Origin: Podarcis liolepis
Lineage: Eukaryota
Reading direction: 5' to 3' (one strand)
Length of the DNA: 64,000 nucleotides
Assembly (NCBI GenBank): GCA_965112155.1
Contig: OZ218109.1
The notes under the pieces were generated by a model. That model made no database searches. It worked only from the letters and a program-made list of their open reading frames with translations, and had not been told where the DNA came from. Of the stretch, positions 52,102 to 64,000 are shown one piece after another (the stretch's first letter is position 1; each line of letters begins with the position of its first letter). The position numbers and the translations under genes were made by a program.

Positions 52102-53973
52102 TGAGCACACAAGAAGGTGGAATTAAGCCCATAACCACTTAGACTGAAGATATTGAGGGGAAACCATGGCTTGTTATCATACACTGTATTTCATTCTTTA
52201 AAATGTACTGCAAAGGCACCTGGGAATGCACTGCCAAAGCTTGTGGGATTGCTAGCCACTGTTTTTGCACAATTTTTTTTGCCAATTCTGCACTCTTTTC
52301 GCCCCTTTTTGGGTTCGTGGCAATGCGCACATGCACATGCCTTGAACTCACATAAATGGGGAGTTGCCTGCAATGTATTTGGTTAACTATGCAATAAATA
52401 AAATAATCCAAATAATGCATTTGGAAGCTGAACTTTCATCCATGGTACAAACCCAGCAAAAGCACACTCATAATTCTTTTTAGTAGCCAACGCCAGCGGT
52501 GGGAGCTGGTGGGGCACCAATTGCCAAGCCTGCTGGGCTTGTACAGACAGGAAAGAAGGTGAGAAAAGGCCTGTTTCCTTTCATTTGGCCTTAAAAAGAG
52601 ATATTTTGTTTCCCATTGGTCCCAGCATGCCAGGAAGATCAGTCTGTCAGCCTCTGTGTACTGTTTCCTCTTGTCTGAGGCATGTCAGGGAGACGGAAGA
52701 TCTTTGCTATTGGATCTGTGATGGCTCATTCAACTCCAGTAACTGCCTGATGTGGTAACTCCGTCACAATGCGCACCATAATGGGAAATTAGCCTGGAGC
52801 AACTATATATTTCTTTTACTACACATTGCATAAGGTCCTTGTACTTTTTCAGTTGGCTTCTATAAAGTACCAACAATGGGAATCAAACCTGATGTTACGC
52901 ATATAAAAAGAATACTGTTACTATCTGGCAAAAACATATGTAATCCAGTTTTACTATTAAGCTTCTAATGCCACCATTTCAAACAAATCAGAGTAAATAA
53001 CTTTCTGGAACTGATCACGTGACTTTTTGGAAAAGCAGCATGCAGAAATAAAGAACTTTAAAATAAATGCATCTCCAATTCTTCAATACATTACTGGGCG
53101 TCCAATGAAAGAGTCTGGGAGTAAATCTCTAGTGCTACATAAAGTCCTAATTGAAGAAAAAGGAAACCATTCGATTTGTTTCTTCCAACAATAAAATATG
53201 TAATTACCAAACCTGGAAGGCGTTGGTTCCTTCAGCATGGCTAGAATGGCTCCAGTTTTTTCAACGAAAAAGCTTGATTTAGAATAGTTATTACCAGAAA
53301 AGGAAATGGAAAAAAAATGAAGAGTAAATGTACCCATATGGACGATTGGAATATCCATGGCAGAGACTTTGAGAAAAATACCAGAAAATTGGCTGAATGA
53401 AGAGTATCAGAATGTACACTATGCAGGAAGACACGTATTGTAACACATACTTCTGCTCTGGTTAAACAATATAAACCGCGTTGATAAAAGGGCATCTTTT
53501 GTTCTGCAATTTGGCCACCTAATTGAGATGGATGTAGAATGAAACCTGTAACCCCATTTTAACTTCCTTCATCAACAGCATCCATATGTCATCCAAGATA
53601 GAGGGTTAGTATTGGGGGAAGTATTCCTTGGCTTTAACATAATATTTCTTTATATTTCACTTGACTGCTGACATAATATGATCAGTATGGTGACGGAAAC
53701 CAGATACAACTGCAAAGGATCCCCCACCCCTTAGCAGCTCTTATTTAACCAAGCTGCAACCAGTCCAGTTTATTTTAGAACCTGCTTTCTTAGTGGAAAT
53801 AAAGATTGATTTTTGTCACCACCAAAATCTTGCAGTTGCAAAATGTTACAGTCTGCTTTGCAATTGTACATTTGCCTCTAGCTCCTTGAAGGAAAACTGG
53901 GAAGACAACATTGCAGCTACACATTTTTATTGTGCCTGAGAAGATTAGTGCATATTTATTTCTGCTTAACGGG

Positions 53974-54260
53974 TCAGCCTTCCCTAACCTGGTGCCTTCC
54001 AGATGGTTTAAACTACAACTCCCATCAGCCTGAGGTTTTCTGCACACTACACATTTCAAAGCATGTTTGAAGCGCATTCTTTCCCTCAAAGGAATTATGG
54101 GAATTGTAGTTTACCCCGCATAGAGCTACAATTCCCAGCCACCCTTAGCAAACGACAGTGCCCAGAATTTTTTGAGGGGAATAATATGCTTTGAATGTGC
54201 TTTGAACATGTAATGAGCATGCAGCCCAGTCAGCATGGCTGTGCTGATATAGGGTGATAG
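53974..54260. mobile_element. Nested MITEs: a palindromic element (about 54034-54227) inserted into a hAT-type MITE
   Basis: The outer element cagccttccctaacctgg...aactacaactcccatcagcc resumes as cagcatggc after an inner fold-back (ttcaaagca / tgctttgaa and ttccctcaaa / ttttgagggga arms). Confidence 0.55.
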
Positions 54261-55844
54261 ATATCTGTTGAGAGTCAACATTTTGCAGAGCAAGCTGCTG
54301 TCCCAGGGCCTCCTCAGAAACTCAGAGCATAACTGCAGCTTCCCAGTGGTAAGGGAGACATGCTCTGCAGTTGCTGAGAGGCACTTCCATGCTATCATTT
54401 TCTCTTCTTTCAGGCTGAGCCCCAGTCCAAAATAAATCTGTTTGATGCACCTATCTCTACCTCTGCCGTGTTGTGGGGATGGGAAGACGCTGGACCAGAG
54501 CCTGCAATTTGACTATATTTTGAATAATTGACATTGCATGTTAACAAGATACCCCAAGAGATCATATGAAAAACAGGTTTTGCATGTCAATTATGTTGGT
54601 TTTAGCTCATATGCTTAACCAAAGGTCTCTGGGAGCTCCTGATTTTCTCCTTGTTTAATCCCTTGTTTCATTCCACTCCAAGAGAAGCAATGTAACTCTT
54701 AAGAACAGCCACAAACCAGAATACTGAAAGGGGAGATTCACAGATTGTTTATATTGAGATGATCACATAGGTTCCAATAAGACCATAAAAGGGTATGTTT
54801 CTGCTAATCACTCCATTAAGAATGAAAACTAATCCCATTTTGGTCATTTTTTCCCCACCTGATCTCTCTAGCCACTCTCCTTTTTTGAAATATGTACTGA
54901 AGCAGTAGATTGCATAATGCCAAAGCAAATAAAGCCACAGAACGAGGAAGGTAGAAAACAAGAGCACAATATTATTCTGATTTTGAAACGTGCATCATCC
55001 CTCCTTTTTTTATTGGTTAAGCTCTCCCTAAATCACATTAAGTCTTGGATAGTGTGCCCTGCATTCCCATCTGGAAGCCATTTCAAGAAATGTCCTGCAA
55101 AATCTCATTCCCTGTCATTGTGAAGAAAAGCAACTGCCTGAATATTATTAATCCTCAATTTATTATTCCAAATATCTTGTCTCACTTTAGGCAGCCTTTA
55201 TTCTTCTTGAAGATTGCTGAAAGCATCATCTCTTGGCCAGACAGCCTCTTCTGAAAATCGCATACTTTCCCCCCATCATGTTGAATCCCATCGGAAAAGA
55301 CTTCATTCCCCCCCCCCCCTCCCTTGAATTCACAACTGATACCTTGAGCTGTCTGTTGTTCAGCCCTTAAACCATGTTCCAGTCCAGGTCATCTGACCTG
55401 TAGCATGTGTTCACCCAATCAAAAAGTAAACAGGGATTTACTTATTTCTTCCAAATGCCATAATGGTCAAGGATGCAGTTGCTAAAGACTGCTTGGATAG
55501 TTCTGAAAGATGCTGGTTTTGGAAGTAATCTTGACTGTTCCTAATAAATAACTTACAATGTCAAAAACTGGAAATAAGTCAATTTTCAAGGAACAGAAAA
55601 TACTGTCTCTATCTGGAAAATATCAGCTGAAGCTTGTAAATACATGCTTTCCCAGTCTCATAGTCAATCTCATGACATGTGCTCAGTTGACACTTTTTTC
55701 TTGTTATGAGGAATGTCCCATGCCTGATTACATTTTTAAATAGCTGTTCCACCTTTCTTCATCAGCTTTGCAAAATGACAGCACTACCTTGGTATCTTCA
55801 TACAGAAAAAAAGGCAAATCAGAGTTTGTCTAATGACTGTGGTG

Positions 55845-56175
55845 AAACTTACCGAAAGAATCAGAAATCAAGAGAACAAACTTTTTAGAAAGGAATAGAA
55901 ATGTTTTCTTGAGTGTTTACAAACAAATTGTAAACAGATCAAGACATTGGCAGGATTATTGTAAAAATCTGCAGTTTCAGAAAAAATGTATATGAGATGT
56001 ACATGAGAATAGAAGAAGAAAAGAATAAGTTAAGATAATTTGGAGTATGCAGGAAATGATGAAAGTAAATGTAAAGAACTGCAGAAAGAGGAGGAAGGGA
56101 GTCAAAATTTGAAATGTTTGAATGTTTGTTGAACAATTGTTGTAAATGAAAATTATAAATATAATTATATTTTTA
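55845..56175 (+). mobile_element. L1-like LINE 3' end remnant
   Basis: Decayed ORF end (LTERIRNQENKLFRKE*KCF), then a purine-rich 3' UTR and an A/T-rich tail. Confidence 0.5.
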
Positions 56176-57039
56176 AAAATGTCTGTGGCTACTAAGGTGG
56201 TATCCCATTGATTATTTCTGTTGCCTAGATGAGTGGCCATTGTAGTAACACCCAAAACCTCAGAGTGTTGCAGCGCTTCAGAGACTTTCTAGTCTATTGT
56301 GGCATGAGTTTTCAGAGACATTTGCTTTCGCAAAGTAGACATTATGAATGCATGCATAAATTGCCAATTAAGCGTGTGTGTAAATAGAATTCAAGTGAGA
56401 CCTACAACAAAGTCTTGCAGTGTGAGGCGAGTGATCCTGTTCAGCATTCCTGACAGCCATTTCAGCCCCCCACATTTCCCCCTCCCCACCCAGCACTCAG
56501 CATTCTATGACCACTTAGCATGCTGAGTTTTCTGTGGGCATTTCCCCCCTAAATATTTTTATGTAGCTCTGCAAACCTTGAGCTTCCCCTAAGCCTGCTG
56601 GTAACCTGCTTCTTCTTATGTGTGGATGTTGCTGCTTTGGCTACACAAGGACCCATACCTGGAGAATGAGTTTGCTATTAGTATACAGGAAAGCTTTCCA
56701 TGCCAGTCTCTGTCTGCCTCGCATTTAATGAAAAAGACAGTTGATTGACCAGTTTATTGTGGTGTGAACTTCCAATAGTCTCTGAGGTGCATCCAGATGT
56801 TGAAACTTGTTTTCAGGTTCTGGAAATACTATATCTAAATACATAAGAAATACTTTTATACTTTCCCTCTCTTATACTATTGAAGCAGGATCTTGGATTC
56901 TTCTTTTTTTGTAGCGTTTTAATGTTTACCTGCTAAATTTGGCACAACTGGCAAAGAAGACTTTGTTTTTCATAATACTCGATATTGTGGTGTAAGATCC
57001 TGGTGGTACTTGGAACACAAGACCCAATGGCTAAAGTGT

Positions 57040-57520
57040 TTGTGGCTTTTAAGAAAAGGATGACTAAGGGGGAAAACATGAATAAGGTTTATGAAAGTAT
57101 GTATGGTGTAGAGAAAATGGAGAGAGAGAGAATTTTAATTTCTTTCCTGCAATATTAAAATCTGGGGTTCACCGAATGAAGCTGATTGCTGTAGATTCAG
57201 GACAGACAAGAGACAATCCAACTGATGTATAGAATTCACTGCGACAGGATATGGTGCTGACTCATTTGAAGGAGTTTAAAGGAGATTTAAGCAAGCCCGT
57301 GGATAACAAGTCTATTTGTTATTTAGTAATGAAAACAAAATGGAGCCTTCATATTCAGAGGCAGTGCAAAGCTTGCTAGAAAGCCACATCATAGGAGAGC
57401 ATCCAACCTTATGCCCTGCTTGGTGGGTTTCCAGAACCATACAACTACCGGTACCTACTTTGGAAAACAAAATACCTGGAACTTTGGTCTGATCCAGCAT
57501 TACTCTATTTCTGTTCTTAT
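57040..57520 (+). mobile_element. Degraded CR1 LINE 3' region
   Basis: Motifs gactaaggggg...aaggtttatgaaagtatgtatggtgtagagaaa, gtagattcaggacagacaa and ttggtctgatccagca are typical of CR1 3' ends. Confidence 0.6.
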
Positions 57521-58555
57521 GTTATAGCTGGGATGTTTAGAGCCTCCTCAGCAGCCCCATCTCCCAGTCTTGCTTCCTTCCCCATTCTTCTCTCAAGCAA
57601 TGTTTTTAAAGCACTACAGTTATTTGCATATTGGCAAGGAAAGCGGTGGAAGTTGTGTAATTAACTACATCACCTAGTCTCTCCCTAAAATCTATGTGCA
57701 CAGTTGCTCTGATTTGTGCATAACACTGCTACCTATATGCCATGTTAATGATGAAAAATGAGCTCAAAAATACCTGTTCAATCCAATCTGGCTTCCATGA
57801 TGATTTATTGGTGTAGCTCACTTTATTAAAGAAACAATCTATTTATATACACACACACACACCAACACACACATGCACCAGCGGCTATGCTTCATCACTG
57901 ACTGATAAAGGTGACTGAGGAAAAAATGAATGAGTAGTGTTGCCAGTGTGAAAAGAATGTGTATGTGTGTGTTTTAAAAAGACTGATTCTAATAATGTCG
58001 GTAGAAACATCTCAGGTGCTTAAAATCAACAGACCATATTTATATGACAGTTACATCAAGGATAGATATTACCTGTTTTATTGCACTGAACAAGGAATTT
58101 ATAGGCATAATGTTCCAGATTTGAGGCTCTCTCTATTTCATAGTGGTAAGTTGTTGACACTGGCTGAACGTTTGATTTGAAATAGTGTTTTAACATCTAC
58201 TCCCCATTCACTGATATGTGCAAACTCAACCAGCTTTTCCATTCAGCCACCCTATTTATGTGTCCCTCCCTCTCCCCGTTCATGTACTAATCTCTTCCAA
58301 GCAACGTAACCCATTCATAGTTAGTCACATAACCCAGTCATACACTGTACAGTCATGCATCTATTCACCTTAGCCAATCTAACACTGCCCTGTCTACTGT
58401 CCTGGGGGAAAGAGCCTGTGTTATATATTTGTATTGTTGGCCCATGGATTTTAAAATGCTGTGGGGTTTTTTGTAACTTGTAAGCTGCCTTGAAAGAACT
58501 GGTACCCTGAAAGGTGGGATATATCAGTGTTGTTTTTTTTAAATCAGCGGTTGTT

Positions 58556-58557
<2 letters not shown>

Positions 58558-58598
<41 letters not shown>
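58558..58598. repeat. (TAA)n microsatellite
   Basis: Read directly from the sequence. Confidence 0.95.
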
Positions 58599-58772
58599 TA
58601 TTTATTGTCATTGCCCCCTCTCGGGGACAACGAAATTACTTGGCTGCTCCATCCACCCAGGTAGGGCACTCCACACATCAAAACCATTTTTAGGTGGGCT
58701 GTAGTGTAATTGCCATAAATAAGTAAGAAGTACCTACCAATTTGCTGCCATCCTTTGGTGGTGATGAAATTA

Positions 58773-59122
58773 CCGTATTTTTCCCATGTATAACACACAC
58801 ACCCATGTATAAGATGCCCCCTTTGGGGGAGGGACTCCAAATTAAGAACCTACTGTCACTAGCGTTGCAAAAGCCATCTATTGACTGTCCCCTCACCAGC
58901 AGAAGTCGCCGATCGCCTGCCCAATTGCTGCAGCAATGGCCAAACAAGCCCAGCCCTTGCCACAACCACCAATAACATGCCCAGTAGACACTGACAATCT
59001 CCGGCTCCCAGCAGCAACCAATAACACGTCCCCACTATGCACTATCCGTGTATAAGACGACCTACACATTTTAGCATGAAATTCTAATATAAAAAACTTG
59101 TCTTATACATGAAAAAATACGG
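58773..59122. mobile_element. Tc1/mariner (Tc2-like) MITE
   Basis: TA|CCGTATTTTTCCCATGTATAA...TTATACATGAAAAAATACGG|TA, with internal gtataaga repeats. Confidence 0.85.
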
Positions 59123-60466
59123 TACTTGAAAATTACTTTAAAATGTGACTGGATAAATTCCTTGAGGACAGAATGACTAGCAGTCAGGATGTGTATAAGG
59201 AACATTCCAGTTCAAATGTAGCATGCCAATGGATTCCTGTTAGTGGATGAGGGCTACTGTCTTCCTGCCCAGCTTGTTGGCTTTCTAGGGGCGGGTGGTT
59301 CAGAGAACAAAAATGCTGGGCTAGATGGAGATTTGATCCAGCTAGGCTCTTTCGTATGTTAATTCTCACCACCAACAGCCCCATCTGGCTCAAGGTCTTC
59401 AACAAGGGCGATTATTTTTTAAACTCAGCAACCAGAATGGCCACAAACCATTCCACAGCATGTAAGCAGTTAAGGCAAAAGGGACGAGTTGAGTGTTCAA
59501 CAATCTAAAAGTTTCAAACAATGTAGTTTGCATCTACTCCATTTTTTTGTCATATTTATCTGATTGGGGCAAATTGGCAAGCCACTATCTTCTGTCTGTG
59601 CTCTTTAATTTGATATGGTTTCCGTACAACCATAGCCTCGACCTAGCTAATTATACAAAGTTGACTTTGATTTCAAAAACAGATAACTATTTTCACTGCT
59701 GGCTTCTTGAAGGTCAACAATATAGAATATTTCTTGGCATTATAGTGCTTTCAATACATGCAATATACAGACTGGGGGTGGGGGAAGTATGTCTAGCAAA
59801 AAGACATATTGCTGGTTCTCTGACAGACAGTAATTTACCACTGATTAACTCGGTGTAACAGTTTGGCTTCAAGATGAGCTCTTGAGAATCGGTGAGAGTG
59901 TGGGGCCCTCCATGAGGTCAGTAATCAACTTTTCTAATTGACCACAGCTGGAGCAAAACATAGGGGGAGATGAGACACAAGGCCCACACTGTTATATGGG
60001 GGGAAACCCACGAGGATTTTAGGGATAAAGAAGGGGAATCTCTTCCTGGAGAATATGCTCCTTGTCAACTCAAAGGCCAAAATTAGGGCCGGAGGTGAAT
60101 GATGCTGTAAGGAATGAGCATTTGGAAGCCTGAAATATCCCATGAGGATTTTATTTCCATGCAATACGCTGGAGTTTTAAGTTGCTTTGAGAGGCAATGC
60201 TTAATCACTTATTTCCTGCATTTGTGTAATGATGAATGTTGAGATGTTAATATTTCTTAGAAATATTACCCAACTATTTCCTAGTCAAGAGGCCGTGTTT
60301 GCGTAGAGGAAAATATGGGTGTTCTTGTTTCTCTATAAATGGCAGTGGGTACCAAAAATGGGCACCTTGAATGGTCAGCTCCTGCAACCAATGGTCTTTA
60401 TTCCTCTGGGGAAAAGCAGAGGTATGATAGGCTCAGGTGGTGGGGTCATGTGGCTGCTGCTATTGG

Positions 60467-60708
60467 TGTTATGTACTGAAGTTCTCACCCTGGGCCAGCA
60501 GGGGGATACTGTGGATAGTTATGCAAATAAGGGATCGAAAGTGACATTCAGTGATTGGATGGTTTTAGAAAATTGTTACAGTTATGTTGTACTGGAGCTC
60601 TATATAAGCAGGCTGACTGAGCCCTTCAGTTCTGTTCTGGCCTGTGAATAAACAAGAGCTGTTTGAAGAATCGCTGTGTCGTCTGATATGTTCACCCACA
60701 ACTTAACA
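60467..60708 (+). mobile_element. Solo LTR (TGTTA...TAACA)
   Basis: Inverted termini TGTTA / TAACA. Octamer ATGCAAAT (60521), ATTGG (60554), TATATAA (60601) and AATAAA (60647) occur in LTR order. No clear TSD. Confidence 0.7.
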
Positions 60709-61492
60709 CTTTGTGTGATCATGTCAGGTGCCAGTTCACACAATCAATGCTTCCGCATGACCCCAAAATCCACAAAACCCATTCCTCTGGTGGAATATCC
60801 TCAAAACATTGTGGCTACCTCTGAAAATAATTGACCTCAACCAAGCATAAGCTTGAATAAAATATGTCATATTATTACATCCATGCAGCATTTGAATTGT
60901 TAATGTGTTCTAAGAATGTTTCCTTTTTGGTTTAGGAAACCTTTTTAAAATATTTCATTTGCATTTGCCAGGTGTGGGGAATTTTGACTGAAAGAGCATG
61001 ACTTGTGCAGTGACTGTAGGGCTGTGAAGATCTGCACAGACTGAAGTCAGTGGACCACACCAGTTGACCTACAACATCTGAGGTTTATGGCTCCATGCTA
61101 GCTGTTTTAAAAACAGGTTATAACTTGTGGTGTTCCACTGCCTGGATGCCTCAAAGAAAAATATACAAACTTGCCTCTAGTTCTAAGTTAAGAGCCTCCA
61201 AGCACAACTTGACTCATAAACAGATTATGAGCCAGCAAGAAGTTGTTTACTTAAGCCCCATGATGCTAATTGATATTTTTTAACCTAGTAGGGAAAAGAG
61301 CTGCCTTCTCTTCACTTTTTAATAATGTTAAGTCTAGCATTCCTGTGAATTCAGCCATGCCCTATATACTGGTAAATTAAATGCCAATAACCGTGTCATC
61401 TTCAGAGCATAGTGAGTAGTGTAACAGATTTCATTAGAAAAAGCACTGTGGCACTTTAGAGGCTGACTGATTTATTGTCGTATTAAGGCATA

Positions 61493-61775
61493 TTTGGTTA
61501 AAAAGCACATAAACTACTCCCGGAAAACCAAAGAATTCTAATTTTACCTTCTGAAAATGTCAGATAATACTAAATAATACTAAATAATAATAATAATAAT
61601 CAATAATATAGAATGTTTCAACTTTAAAAAATGAAGGGTGCTAAAAAGTTGTAACATGACTTAGGAATTCAAAAGATATTTGGGTTAAATTAATATAATT
61701 TTGTTTTGTTTGGTAAGTAAATGTGTGTAAAATTGCTTGGACACCATCAAAAATGATTGCCAAGTACTTGAAATT

Positions 61776-61809
<34 letters not shown>

Positions 61810-61897
61810 GTGTTATTTAGTATTACCTGATATGTTCAGAAGCTAAAATTAAAATTCTTTGGTTTTCCGAGAGTAGTTAATGTGCTTTTTAACCAAA
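61493..61897. mobile_element. Fold-back element / MITE with about 125-bp terminal inverted repeats
   Basis: tttggttaaaaagcacataaactactcccggaaaaccaaagaatt... mirrored by ...aattctttggttttccgagagtagttaatgtgctttttaaccaaa. Confidence 0.8.
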
Positions 61898-62229
61898 CTT
61901 AGATTTACCAAGCTAAATGTTGTCCAATCACAAAAATAATAGCAGTTGGGAATTCCTCACACCCAAAACATATTTTTAAGACTCCTCCCTGAAGAAATTT
62001 GCAAAAATTAAATTTCACCTCCTGAAATGATATACCCTATTTTGCCAATGGTCTTTCATAGCATATTTCTCCATGGATACTGAAAGGTGACCAACTGAGG
62101 CAGTGAACAGAAAAGAACTGACAACTTGGCTACAGAACAAAATGAATGTGCTGCAATGATTATTGTATACTTATCTCCGGATATTTTTAAATCTGGACAA
62201 CAGACATAAATCAGTGGATAGGGTTACCA

Positions 62230-63300
62230 TACCCGATGGAAATGGCGGAACTGGCAAGCCAATTATTCACCCGACTATATCAAGGCAAATTTTGTCTGGG
62301 TGAACACTCATACTGACAAGCACTGAAGGGATTTTGAGGGAAATAAAGAACAACTCTCGCTATGTTTGCTCGTATAGAGAAAAGATACAAGCTTATATCA
62401 TCAGCTTGTGGATATAAGCAAAATATGCATAGGGGGCAAATCTATGTAGGTGTCCAGAATTTCTCAAGAAAGAATTTTTGTAACAGATGTGGGTTGGATA
62501 CATTTTGATATATTATCAATCAATTTAGAATATATGAGAAATAATCATGTATGGTAAAACATATCAAGCTTCATTTTCCCAGTGCCTGCCAGTGAAGAAG
62601 CACTTTGTAAAAATGAAGTCAAGTAGATATTTGACTAGGTCTGAGCACTTGTTGGGGGCTGCTAAGTAGATTTGAAGGGTTTGGTTTCAGAATTGAACAA
62701 GTGTTTTTTTGCAAAGCACTTTAAAAAAGAAAAGAAAACAACATATGTTAAGCTTGGAGAAGGATTTGGAGATGGAAATAACTGAGGAGGATTGGGCAGA
62801 TATATGGTACAAAAACAAACCCATTTAAGTGCTTCTCTGAGGGAAGTTAATTTATAAGATTTTGAGCAGGTGGTATGTAACATCTGTGCACATTCAATAC
62901 ATATGTAAAAAGAGTAATAGGGTCTGTTGGAAATAATGTGGGAAGGGAGGCTCCTTTAAGCATATATGGTGGTCTTTTAAATAAATTCAAGGATTTTGGC
63001 AAAAAAAAAAGTATAGGAGTGGATTAAAAATATCAAAGGCCATGATATTCACCTAGGCCCCACATCTTTTTGAAAGATACTGAATGTTATGCTTTTAAAG
63101 AACTTTTAATTTTGTTAATAGCACCAAAGTTTCATATAGTCCAAATTGGAAAATTACTCAGGCATCTACATTTATACACCTGGTATACAACTATTGGGAT
63201 ATTTCAGTCATTCATTAGGTAATGGATCTTATGCAGACAGTACAAGCTCTTCAGATGGAAAGCGCATTTCTTGAAAATTGGAAACCCTTTTCCTGAGGCT
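62230..63300 (+). mobile_element. Decayed L1-clade LINE ORF2 C-terminal fragment
   Basis: Around 62853-63002 it reads YKILSRWYVT...CWK*CGKGGSFKHIWWS..*IQGFWQ (zinc-knuckle region) and ends near NWKPF. Multiple stops. Confidence 0.75.
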
Positions 63301-64000
63301 TGCAGATATTGACAAATTGCTTAGCCATTAGAACATAGCCTCCATGACGCTACAAAGAATGTAGTAAAAGGTAAGATAAGAATTCGTTTCATGCCTGGCG
63401 GGAGTATCCAGTGGCATAAGGTAATATAAATTTAATTTCATATAAATGTAGTGAAAAGGTCCTGCACTGGTCTTATTACACTAAATTGGTCAAAACAATC
63501 CCTTGGTCTCCTACAATGTCTGTATCTTCCATTTGCATCTCACAGCAAACATTACATGGGCAAAATTATGCAAACAGCTCAGAGACTGGATGGGTATGAT
63601 TCTGCAGCAGCTTTCCTGCCAAGTCTGAGCAACTCAAAGTGAAGAGAAGCAATTTTCTATTATTACCACTTGGTTTTCATTCCTTCTCTATACTGTATAG
63701 AGAGATCATGCACAATACAATATAAATTAGTCTTTTTTATTAAGTTTTTGTGTTTTATTAATGGCTACTTTTTGTTTTTTGTGCTCACACAGGTAATTAG
63801 TCTAGCAGTATGTAAATAGATTTCTTCTCTTACACTATCACGTGTTTGTTCCGTTGTGTCTTTCCCTCCTTGTTACACACGCTTGAGCAGTGTGAAGTTT
63901 CAGTGATCCCAGCACATACCTTGGGGTTGGTTCTCTTGGAATGAAGATAAATGAGACTGGTAGTATTTTTATGACATAATGTTTATTTACACACATACAC

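Noticed and set aside
53083-53495. Overlapping ORFs and a possible Tc1-like start (tactgggcgtccaat)
   Set aside because: No matching TIR and no recognisable protein motif in any frame, so it cannot be classified.
44600-64000. Start of the neighbouring gene ODAD2/ARMC4 expected from recalled human synteny
   Set aside because: No CpG island or recognisable coding exon was seen. The region is repeats and unique intergenic DNA.

Overview
This is AT-rich vertebrate genomic DNA. The repeat content (a full-length Sauria SINE, a Bov-B-type 3' element, a Penelope-type terminus, CR1/L1/RTE relics and many hAT and Tc1/mariner MITEs) points to a squamate, probably a lacertid lizard. The window holds most of the coding region of MPP7 (MAGUK p55 scaffold protein 7) on the + strand. 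Fourteen canonical GT-AG coding exons (6962..42048) splice in frame to 524 aa covering L27, PDZ, SH3, HOOK and GUK, followed by a roughly 2.4 kb 3' UTR. The first coding exon(s) lie upstream of the window. About 19 kb of repeat-rich intergenic DNA follows. The best finding is a cluster of three phase-1 short cassette exons (21, 12 and 42 nt at 23061, 23173 and 24430) inside the 12.5 kb HOOK-region intron, which the ORF track does not resolve. Together they would insert an acidic, Cys-containing 25-aa segment (EETVECEEIEEEAECAGHNSGAHIA). Including the 12- or 42-nt exon without the 21-nt exon creates an in-frame TAG at the junction. Other notable items are a Penelope-type insertion with a hammerhead-ribozyme core, MITEs carrying the ACTACAnnTCCCA (ZNF143/THAP11-type) motif, a solo LTR with intact promoter motifs, and a long fold-back element. 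Comparisons to human MPP7/MPP3/MPP4 and to repeat families are from recall, not from a database search.
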